Shown piece after piece: positions 52,948 to 61,557 of a stretch of 64,000 nucleotides of DNA. Numbering within the stretch: position 1 is the stretch's first letter; the number at the start of each line of letters is the position of its first letter. The notes under the pieces were generated by a model. The model ran no database searches. It was not told the DNA's origin and saw nothing but the letters and a program-made list of their open reading frames with translations. The position numbers and the translations under genes are program-made. Source of the DNA: Bdellovibrionales bacterium (lineage in GTDB: Bacteria > Bdellovibrionota > Bdellovibrionia > Bdellovibrionales > UBA1609); contig CBDBGT010000005.1 of the NCBI GenBank assembly GCA_965205365.1, forward strand, positions 270,121-334,120, written 5' to 3'.

Positions 52948-53432
52948 TTCCGATCACGAGACCACATTTTTTCATTCACTAAACCTAAAGGAACTCCCCT
53001 TTTACTTCATAGAGCAAGAGATGAATATATCATTAAACCTGGTGTATCGTACTCTTTACCATTTCGATGATCTATGTAGGACCCTAAGTATCCTGCGTTG
53101 CCTTGAAAGACTTTATTTTTTGAGAAAGTTATTTCACTTGAGTCATGTAAAATTAAAGACATATCATTTTCATCTAGAGCATTCATTCTGTTGAGCGTTT
53201 GTTTTATGTGAGGTTTGAGAATTTCTTCAGCCTGAAAGTTGTCATTATCAAAGAATCTATAAGCCGCCTTAGAAGATTTCCAATCTTGGCATGAAAAAGA
53301 GATAGACTCACCATTATTTTTACTGAAAGCCTCAGCAAGGTATTCAAGTCTGTGGTTAAGTCCTTTATCACCAAGTTGAGGATTTTTAAATTCATTTTTA
53401 ATATTCACAAAAACTCCAATTCTTAAAATCAA
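52948..53432 (-). pseudogene. divergent IS50/Tn5-like transposase, N-terminal fragment
   Basis: ORF 53007..53432 (NPQLGDKGLNHRLEYLAEAF...AAYRFFDNDNF...) is a paralogue of the 20870 transposase N-terminus. After a stop the frame continues as SKRGVPLGLVNEKMWSRDRK, then is cut by the IS3 end. Confidence 0.75.
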
Positions 53433-53488
53433 TACGTGCCATGAAAATAGAATGTTAAACTAGATTTAAAAAGTCTGAACTCGGGTTA
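53433..53488 (+). mobile_element. IS982-family right-end fragment (about 56 bp)
   Basis: CAATACGTGCCATGAAAATAGAATGTTAAACTAGATTTAAAAAGTCTGAACTCGGGTTA matches 23079-23136 with 3 mismatches. Its last three bases are the complement of the mfd stop codon. Confidence 0.75.
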
Positions 53489-56400
53489 GTTCATTAAGTC
53501 TTTTTCTAAAGACGAGATTTCTTCATAGATTTGATCCCACTTGAGGTTATCTTTAGCAATTAAAATTTTTTGATCAGGAGAGAGAGTGTATTTTTTAGGT
53601 TGTTTTTTTATAAGAGCCAGTAGTGTTGAGGGGTTTATATTAGGTTTATCTATAAATTTTAAAGAAATGTTTTTAGATGTAGTTTTAAGGTCTTTAATGC
53701 CCATTTTACGACAGATGTTTTTTGTTGCAGATAGAAAAAACAATCCAATAACTTCATCTGGAATTTGACCAAATTGGTCTTTTAATTCAAATTCAAGTTC
53801 GTCAAGTTCTTGTTCAGAATCGATTTTATTAAGTTTTCTATAGTAATATAATCGAGTTTTTAAATCACCAATATAAGAGCTAGGAATTAAGGCAGGTAGT
53901 GGAACATTGATATCAGGGTCAATGGCTTTAGTAGTATTTTTTCCTTGAATTTCTAAAATGGCTTCTTCCAAGAGTTCAATGTAAAAATCATAACCAATAG
54001 CCTCTCCATGGCCAGATTGAGCCTCACCTAATAGATTTCCTGTTCCTCTAAGTTCTAGATCATAATGGGCAATTTTAAGGCCACTTCCTAAAACAGTATG
54101 ATCTTGTAGGATTTTTAATTTTTCTTTTTGATCTTTTTCAAGGTTTTTATTTGGTGGAATGAGTAGATAACAAAACCCACGCCTTTCACTTCGACCAACT
54201 CGACCGCGGAGTTGATACAATTGGCTAAGTCCAAGGTTTTGAGCGTTATTTATGATTATAGTGTTTGCCGATGATACATCTACGCCGGATTCAATAATTG
54301 TAGTGGATAAGAGAACATCAATTTCTTTGTTAAAGAACTTAACCATGACAGACTCAAGTTCTTTTTCCACCATTTGACCGTGCCCGAGACTAATTCTTAT
54401 ATTAGGCAGAGAATGTTTAAGCTCTTCGTATAGAGTATGAATAGATTGAACACGATTGTGTACAAAATAAACTTGTCCACCTCGTTTAATCTCTGTTTCA
54501 ATGGCTTTTTTAATTATTTGAATATTATAGTGAGAGACAAAGGTTTTAATGGGAAGTCTATTCTTAGGAGGAGTGGAGATTAAGGACAAATCACGAACAC
54601 CTAAAAACCCCATATTAAGAGTTCTTGGTATTGGTGTTGCTGAAAGGGAAAGAACATCAATGTTGGTTTTTAATTTTTTAATTTTTTCTTTTTGTCCAAC
54701 ACCAAACTTTTGCTCTTCATCGACAATTAGAAGTCCAAGATTTTTAAAATTCACATCCTGACTAAGCATTCGATGTGTTCCTATGGCAAGATCAACGCAT
54801 CCTGTAGACAGTCCGTTAAGAGTATTTTTAAGGTTTAATTGTGATACAAAGCGGTTTAAACTTCTAATTTCAAAGGGCCATTTTTTAAAACGTTCTTTAA
54901 AAGACTGTAAGTGTTGAAGGCTTAAGACTGTGGTTGGGGCAAGAACTGCAACTTGTTTTCCCTCAGAGAGTGAAATAAATGCAGCCCTCATGGCCACCTC
55001 TGTTTTTCCAAAACCAACATCGCCACACACTAAGCGGTCCATGGGGAAATTTTTTTCAAAATCTTTATAAATAGAATCAACGGTTTCTAGTTGATCTTTT
55101 GTTTCTTGAAAAAGAAATTGATTTTGAAATAGAGTAATATCATTGGAATGAGTTGTTAAGGCTGGTCTATGTATAGTTTTTCTTTTTGCATAGAGTTCAA
55201 TTAAATCTGCTGCAATTTCTTTAAGCTTGGATTTAGTATTAGCTTTGGTTTTTTGCCAGTATTGCCCGCCAAGTTTATCTAAGGATCGATTTGTAGAGTT
55301 TCCAGAGTATTTTCTAAGTTGGTGGATTTTATGCACAGGTAAAAACAATTTATCTTTTCCACTGTATTGAATTTCTATACACTCTGAATCAAGTCCTTGA
55401 AGAGAAATTATCTTAAGCCCTTTAAAAATACCCACACCATGTTGAATGTGCACCACAAGGTCTTTAATATCCATATCCCCCATGGGAATTGCTTCTAATC
55501 TGTCAAAATATTTTTTATGTGTAGATTTTTGAATTTTTTGGCTTTGTGTTTCTTTTCCAAGAAGATCTTCGAAGCGAACGTAAATAATTTTATCATCATT
55601 ATATTTTATGGAAGCTGATGAGTCTCTTAGAATGATATTGATTTTAGGATGAGTTAGAGTTTCTTTGTTTTCTAAGGAAGAAAAAGGAAGGTCGAGTTCT
55701 TTTAAAATAGAGGTTGTTCTTATTAAAGTGTTTTTAGATTTACAGCATATATAAACACAATTGCCTGTATTAAGCCATGTTTTTAATAGCTTTTTAATTT
55801 CAGAAGTAAAAACACTCCAGGATGTGCTGTTTTTTTTGATATTTAAAAGACCATGTTTAATATCTGAAGTAGAATAATTAAAATGAGAAGAATTGTTGTC
55901 TTCATTGTTATAGGCTTTAATATCTGAGACAAGAACGGGGCAGAGGTTAGCTCTACAATTAAACTTTTTAAGGGAAAGTTTTTCTTCAAATATATTGTGA
56001 GGCTTTAGGAGGGATTTTTCAACTTCAAGGCTTATTTTATACTCATTTTCAAAAGTATTAAATTGGTTAGACCAGGTTGTTTTAATAAAAGTTTCATCAA
56101 AGATAATGATTTTTGTGTTAGCGGTGAAATAGTCAAGTGCTGTTGAGGGGTTTTCCCAGAACAAGGGGAGTAGAAATTCTTTTCTAGAAAAAGGAATGGA
56201 GTTTCTGATTTTATGAAGAGAATCTTTTACCCAAGAAGAAGTGGAGTCGGCTTTTGAAAAGTGATTTATTAAGGAAGCCTTATTCTTAGTAGTGTATAGT
56301 GTTTCAGTGGCGGGAATAATAGTTAAAGATGTGGTTTCTTTTGTGGTTCGTTGGGTTTTTGTTGAGAATATTCGTAGGGATTCAATATCGCTTCCAAAAA

Positions 56401-56956
56401 GCTCTATTCTATGGGGGAATGTATGGGCAGGAGAGAAGACATCAACAATACCTCCTTTATCACAAAATTGCCCGGGTTTTTCTACAAACTGTGTGGCCTG
56501 GTATCCAAGTTGTAAAAGTTTTTCATTAGGGTTTTTAAAAAAAACATCTGCGAATTCAAAACTGTGCACTTCTTTTAGAAGGTCTGTTTTACAAAGGGTT
56601 TTTAGCAAAAGAGCTTCTGGATGGCTTATAAAAACCTTAGTCTCTGATGCTGGATTGAAGGCTTGATATAAGAAACCAAGTCTGCTTGGGGAAATGTGAG
56701 AACTAGGCTCTAATCCAGAATATGGGTTTGCTCCAAAGGACTGTAGTTGATAAAAATCAATGGACAATGAGTGGGTGTAGTTATGAGCGGAGTCCTCGTC
56801 AGGAAAAATAAGCAGGTACTTTTTATTTTTCTTGCTTTCCTTGAGTATGGTCAATAAAGGGTCTTGAATAGCCAAAGGGTCATGTATTCCAGAAATTACA
56901 GACAGCCCTTGGTCAAGACACTGTCGTAAAAGATTAGAGCCTTTTAAAAAATCCAT
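53486..56956 (-). CDS. mfd: transcription-repair coupling factor
   Basis: 1156 aa. UvrB-homology N-terminal region, CarD/RNAP-interaction domain, SF2 helicase motifs (GDVGFGKTEVA, DEEQKFG, SATPIPRT, QLRGRVGR) and the TRG motif. Confidence 0.96.
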   Translation of the reverse strand: MDFLKGSNLLRQCLDQGLSVISGIHDPLAIQDPLLTILKESKKNKKYLLIFPDEDSAHNYTHSLSIDFYQLQSFGANPYSGLEPSSHISPSRLGFLYQAFNPASETKVFISHPEALLLKTLCKTDLLKEVHSFEFADVFFKNPNEKLLQLGYQATQFVEKPGQFCDKGGIVDVFSPAHTFPHRIELFGSDIESLRIFSTKTQRTTKETTSLTIIPATETLYTTKNKASLINHFSKADSTSSWVKDSLHKIRNSIPFSRKEFLLPLFWENPSTALDYFTANTKIIIFDETFIKTTWSNQFNTFENEYKISLEVEKSLLKPHNIFEEKLSLKKFNCRANLCPVLVSDIKAYNNEDNNSSHFNYSTSDIKHGLLNIKKNSTSWSVFTSEIKKLLKTWLNTGNCVYICCKSKNTLIRTTSILKELDLPFSSLENKETLTHPKINIILRDSSASIKYNDDKIIYVRFEDLLGKETQSQKIQKSTHKKYFDRLEAIPMGDMDIKDLVVHIQHGVGIFKGLKIISLQGLDSECIEIQYSGKDKLFLPVHKIHQLRKYSGNSTNRSLDKLGGQYWQKTKANTKSKLKEIAADLIELYAKRKTIHRPALTTHSNDITLFQNQFLFQETKDQLETVDSIYKDFEKNFPMDRLVCGDVGFGKTEVAMRAAFISLSEGKQVAVLAPTTVLSLQHLQSFKERFKKWPFEIRSLNRFVSQLNLKNTLNGLSTGCVDLAIGTHRMLSQDVNFKNLGLLIVDEEQKFGVGQKEKIKKLKTNIDVLSLSATPIPRTLNMGFLGVRDLSLISTPPKNRLPIKTFVSHYNIQIIKKAIETEIKRGGQVYFVHNRVQSIHTLYEELKHSLPNIRISLGHGQMVEKELESVMVKFFNKEIDVLLSTTIIESGVDVSSANTIIINNAQNLGLSQLYQLRGRVGRSERRGFCYLLIPPNKNLEKDQKEKLKILQDHTVLGSGLKIAHYDLELRGTGNLLGEAQSGHGEAIGYDFYIELLEEAILEIQGKNTTKAIDPDINVPLPALIPSSYIGDLKTRLYYYRKLNKIDSEQELDELEFELKDQFGQIPDEVIGLFFLSATKNICRKMGIKDLKTTSKNISLKFIDKPNINPSTLLALIKKQPKKYTLSPDQKILIAKDNLKWDQIYEEISSLEKDLMN

Positions 56957-57261
56957 GGTTGATTTAAATACATGAAAAAAAATGAATTTGCTAGGTACTT
57001 TGTAAATTTATTTAATCCGGATACTATAAAGTAGTATGAAATTTAATTAAAAGAGGGGGGGGAAGGGTTTTGCCACTTTCATTAGGTTTTTTTTTGGGCT
57101 TATGATTTTAAAACCTAGTTTTTTTGTTAAGTGGAGTATAAGTGAGGGTGGCTATATGAGTATGGCTTAGATCATAGAATATTTAAAAAAGTAAGAGTTT
57201 TAGTAGGCTTTTATTTTGTAGTAAATGTGCTTATTCTAAATTTTTTTAAGGAGGTAGGGCA

Positions 57262-57783
57262 TTGATAAACCTTTCTCAAAATGTATTTTTCTTTTTCCCT
57301 TTAGCGGGTTTTATTATTGCAATGGCCTTAGGTGTTCTTTTTACTAAAAAGGTTATAAGAGCACTGTGTTTTTTGGCCCTAGGTATGGTTGGAGTGGGTG
57401 TGTTGTTTCTTGCTCAAAATGCGGTTTTTTTAGGTGGCCTACAGCTTATTTTTTATACTGGAACCATTGTAAGCTTATTCTTAGTGACCTTTATGGTGGT
57501 AGATGTAAATAAGGTTACTAATGAATTTTTTAAAGAAAAATTGCCCATGGGAAATTTTGTACAAGTAGGTTTAATAGGTATTATTTTAGGCTTGTCCTTA
57601 GGTGTTTTTTCCTTAAAAACATATGTTAATATTTATAAAAGGGATTTAAATACTATAGATTCAATAAAAAATTTCATATCAACACTTTTTCAAAATCATA
57701 TTTTTTTATTTGAAATAATAGGAGTACTTATTTTGGTTACATCTGTAGCGGCTATTGTTGTAAGCAAAACTAGAAAATATTAG
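57262..57783 (+). CDS. nuoJ: NADH-quinone oxidoreductase subunit J
   Basis: TTG start, 173 aa, five hydrophobic helices. Position directly before nuoK-L-M-N. Confidence 0.75.
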   Translation: MINLSQNVFFFFPLAGFIIAMALGVLFTKKVIRALCFLALGMVGVGVLFLAQNAVFLGGLQLIFYTGTIVSLFLVTFMVVDVNKVTNEFFKEKLPMGNFVQVGLIGIILGLSLGVFSLKTYVNIYKRDLNTIDSIKNFISTLFQNHIFLFEIIGVLILVTSVAAIVVSKTRKY

Positions 57784-57785
57784 TT

Positions 57786-58112
57786 ATGATGGGGTTAGAA
57801 TATCTTTTTAGTGTCACCTTACAGTATTATCTTTTGTTGGGGTTTTTGCTTTTTTTTATAGGCCTTTTAATTGTAGTGTCTAAAAAAAATCCTTTGATTA
57901 TACTAATGGGTATTGAGCTTATGTTAAATGGAGTTAATGTAATAGCAGTTTCTTTTGGGCATTATAATAATAATGTAGAGGGTGGGGTGCTTGCATTTTT
58001 TATTCTTATTATTGCACTAATAGAGATTAGTACAGGGTTGGTGTTGGTTATTTCTTTATTTAAAGAGCTTAAAAGCGTTGGAATTTCTAATTTAATAAAA
58101 TCAAAGGGTTAG
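57786..58112 (+). CDS. nuoK: NADH-quinone oxidoreductase subunit K
   Basis: 108 aa, three helices, conserved GIELMLN.VN block. Confidence 0.85.
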   Translation: MMGLEYLFSVTLQYYLLLGFLLFFIGLLIVVSKKNPLIILMGIELMLNGVNVIAVSFGHYNNNVEGGVLAFFILIIALIEISTGLVLVISLFKELKSVGISNLIKSKG

Positions 58113-58114
58113 TT

Positions 58115-60037
58115 ATGCAAAGTTTTTGGTTGTTAGGTGGGCTTTTAGCAACGCCTTTTTTAAGTTTTATTATAGACAGTTTTTTATATAAAAAGAAAAA
58201 CATTTTTTGGACAGAGTTTTTGGGTTTAAGCGGTGTTTTTATTCCGTTTATGCTTTCTTGTGTATTGTTTGTTAGATTTTATTTAGGTGAACAGCTTGGT
58301 ATAGATTTAGAGCTTTTATCTTGGATATCAATAGAAGGTGTGAATATAAATTTTGCCATTAGTTACAATCCATTATCCGCACTCATGTGTTTGGTTATTA
58401 CAGGTGTTGGCTTATTGGTACATATTTTTAGTATTGAATATATGAAAAATAAGAAAATCTTTCATAGGTATTTTGCATATTTAAATTTATTTATTTTTAA
58501 TATGCTTTTATTGGTTCTTGGAAAAAATTTACTTGTAACGTTTATTGCTTGGGAGGGTATGGGGTTTTGTTTATATTTATTAATAAATTATGGGTGTCAA
58601 AGTGGTGAGAAAACTTTTGCTAGAATGAGAGTGTTTGTTATTAATAGGATTGGTGATGCTGGGTTTTTAATTGGAATGGTTCTTTTGTATTTAAATTTCG
58701 GTACATTAGATTATGAGGTGATAAATAAATTTGCTTCAAACCTTGGTGATTTAGGTTGGATGAGTGTTTCAACAGCAGCAGTGCTTGCTATTTTTATTGG
58801 TGTAGCTGCAAAATCATCACAATTACCTTTATCCTTATGGCTTCAAAATAGGACCATAAATTCAATACCGGTGTCAGCTTTAATATACACTGTGGCTATG
58901 GCTGTTCCAGGAATTTATGTTTTGTTTAGATTAAACGGTCTTTTAAGTGTTTCTCCTCAAGGAATGTCAGTAATTGCTTTTGTTGGAATTTTAACAGCCT
59001 TTATAGCTGCTGTTGTTGCTCTTACTGAGCAAGATATAAAAAAAATTCTAGCATGCTCTGCAGTGTCACAGCTTGGTTATATGGTTTTTGCCATTGGTGT
59101 GGGCTCATATGTTGGCGCAGTTTTTCATTTAGTAACACATACTTTCTTTAAAGTCTTGATGTTTTTAGGTGCTGGAGTAGTGGTTCATAGTTTGTCTGGT
59201 GAACAGAATATAGAAAAAATGGGAGGTTTAAAAAAATCTATGCCCATTACATACTTTACTTTTTTAATAGGCTGGTTTTTAAGTATTGGAACTTCTTTTT
59301 TTTCAGGGTTTTTTGGTAAAAACGAAATATTTTTTCACACGGTTTTTAAATCAATATTCTTTTGGACTCTTGCCCTAATGACCATGGGTGTAACAGTATT
59401 TTATATGATAAAATTAATGGTTAAGGTTTTTGAGGGAGAGAGTAGAGTGGAAAAAAATATTTATTCAAATGAATTAAAGTTTTTATTTGTTCTTCCTTTA
59501 GTGATTTTGGCTATTTGTTCAGTGTTTTTTGGGTTTTTAGGTTTGCCACAAAGGATTTTAAACATATTTTCAAAAAACTCAGCTCATTTACTAGAGCAAT
59601 GGCTTAGCTTAATGATAAGAAACGTTTATGATGTTAACAAGAGTCTTACCTTAGAGTGGTTGTTGATCCTTTTATTTATTGTGACCATGGCAGTTTGTAG
59701 TGTTTTTGCATATTTTTTATATGTGGAAAAAGAAAGTAGAGTTAGAGGTTGGTTTTCTTATATTGAGCGTTTTTTTGTGAGTAGAGTTTTTAAAAGATTA
59801 GTATATACGAAGGGTTTTTATAAAAATAGTGTTATGCATTTCTTTAAAGAATTTTCTAAAGCTTTGTGGTTATTTATAGATGTTAATTTGATAAGTGGAT
59901 TTTTTATATCAACATCAAGGGCTGTTATGAGTGTTGGAAAAATTAGTAAAACCATTGAATCTAAAAATCTAGAGTTTTATGTTATGGTTTTTATTCTTAC
60001 AATTGCTGTATTCTTAATGGGGGCTCTTTTTATATAA
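58115..60037 (+). CDS. nuoL: NADH-quinone oxidoreductase subunit L
   Basis: 640 aa antiporter-like subunit. WEGMGFCLYLLI block and SSQLPLSLWL...PVSALIY block; the usual His-Ala-Ala-Thr after SALI is replaced. C-terminal lateral-helix extension. Confidence 0.85.
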   Translation: MQSFWLLGGLLATPFLSFIIDSFLYKKKNIFWTEFLGLSGVFIPFMLSCVLFVRFYLGEQLGIDLELLSWISIEGVNINFAISYNPLSALMCLVITGVGLLVHIFSIEYMKNKKIFHRYFAYLNLFIFNMLLLVLGKNLLVTFIAWEGMGFCLYLLINYGCQSGEKTFARMRVFVINRIGDAGFLIGMVLLYLNFGTLDYEVINKFASNLGDLGWMSVSTAAVLAIFIGVAAKSSQLPLSLWLQNRTINSIPVSALIYTVAMAVPGIYVLFRLNGLLSVSPQGMSVIAFVGILTAFIAAVVALTEQDIKKILACSAVSQLGYMVFAIGVGSYVGAVFHLVTHTFFKVLMFLGAGVVVHSLSGEQNIEKMGGLKKSMPITYFTFLIGWFLSIGTSFFSGFFGKNEIFFHTVFKSIFFWTLALMTMGVTVFYMIKLMVKVFEGESRVEKNIYSNELKFLFVLPLVILAICSVFFGFLGLPQRILNIFSKNSAHLLEQWLSLMIRNVYDVNKSLTLEWLLILLFIVTMAVCSVFAYFLYVEKESRVRGWFSYIERFFVSRVFKRLVYTKGFYKNSVMHFFKEFSKALWLFIDVNLISGFFISTSRAVMSVGKISKTIESKNLEFYVMVFILTIAVFLMGALFI

Positions 60038-60049
60038 GAGAGTAAAATA

Positions 60050-61557
60050 ATGATATTAACAAACTTATTATGGTTACCAGTTTTTTTTATTCTTCTACTT
60101 TTTTTATTCAAAAAAGATAAGCATTTAAAGGTATTGGGGTTTATTCTTTCAATGTTGCATTTTTTTACGGAATTTTTATTTATACTAATTTTGATATTGA
60201 AAATAAACATCACCAAATGGTGGAGCTTATGAGTCTTTTTAAGCCCCTAGGTATACACTATAGTTTAGGCGTAGATGGATTAAGTCTTTTGCTGGTGATG
60301 TTTTCACTTTTTATGATGCCACTGGTTATATTAGGCACATGGAATTTAATGGAAACTAAAATAAAACCGTATCTTATAAATTTATTTGCATTACAAACTT
60401 GTATCATTGGAATTTTTCTTTCATTGGATCTAGTTTTATTTTATATGTTTTTTGAATCCAGCTTAATTCCAATGTTTTTATTAATGGGAATGTATGGTGG
60501 AAAAGAAAAATTTTTTCCAACAAAGGTGTTTTCATTTTTTATTATTATGAGTTCGATTTTTTTAATAGGCTCAATTATTACTATGATGGTTTTATTTGAA
60601 TCTTTTAATGGGATTATGAGCGCTTTGATGGCAGATATTAAAACCATGGAATTTGCGTTTGTAAAAAACACAATTTTTTCAACACAAACCATCTTATTCT
60701 GTGGCTTCCTAATAGCTTTTGGAGTAAGAGCAGCGCTTTTTCCACTACATACTTGGCTACCAGGGGCTTATGCTCAAAGGTCAACAGGGGGCTCCATTGT
60801 TTTAGGAATGTTGATGTTAACGTCTGGGGCTTATGGGATGATTAGGTTTTTAGGCTTATATTTTCCACAAGCCATTGCGCAGTATTCTTGGGCCGTTTGC
60901 ATACTAGCAATTACAGCAATTATTTATAGTGCAGTGATCGCTTTTTCTCAAACAGATGTTAAAAAGTTTATGGCGTATTTATCTGTTTTTCATATGGGGT
61001 ATGTGGTTTTAGGTATTTTTTGTTGGAGTAGTGTTTCTCATACGGGAGCTTTATTTCAGGTGCTGAATCATGGATTAGCCATTGGTGGATTGTTATTCAT
61101 GACTGGAATGCTTTATGAAAGATTTAAGACAAGTCAGATTAAAGATTTTAGAGGGCTAGTAAAAACTATGCCAAACTTCACTATTTATTTTTTATTGATT
61201 TCTCTTTCAAGTATGGCAGTGCCGCTAACAGTTGGCTTTATGGGAAATTTTTTAATTATTTTAGGGGCTTTTGTTAAAAATAAATATTATGGGGTTTTTG
61301 CAGTTTTAGGAGCCGTTTTAGGAGCTTTGTGTATGTTAAATATCATTAGAAAGGTTTTTTTTAATTCTGTGCCAGAGGAGTTTAATAATTTGAGCAATGT
61401 TGATTTGTCAAAAAGAGAAATATTTTTATTGACTCCTATAGTGATTTTGATTTTTTTAATGGGCTTTTATCCTAAAAGCATTACAAGTTTTTTAATTAAG
61501 GGGGGTGAAGAGATAAATAGTATACAGGTGGAAGAGAGTGGTTATGTTGTTAAATAA
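60050..61557 (+). CDS. nuoM: NADH-quinone oxidoreductase subunit M, split by an apparent 1-nt frameshift
   Basis: ORF 60050..60232 is the NuoM N-terminus. ORF 60217..61557 continues it (LGIHYSLGVDGLSLLLV..., FESSLIPMF, HTWLPGAY). The downstream frame is open from 60121. One extra T in the T7 run at 60160-60166 would join them as ...SMLHFFYGIFIYTNFDIE... Confidence 0.8.

Noticed and set aside
60050-60232. The 60-aa ORF as an independent small membrane protein
   Set aside because: Its sequence and position match the missing N-terminus of NuoM, and the downstream NuoM frame is open across it. It is better explained as one frameshifted gene.
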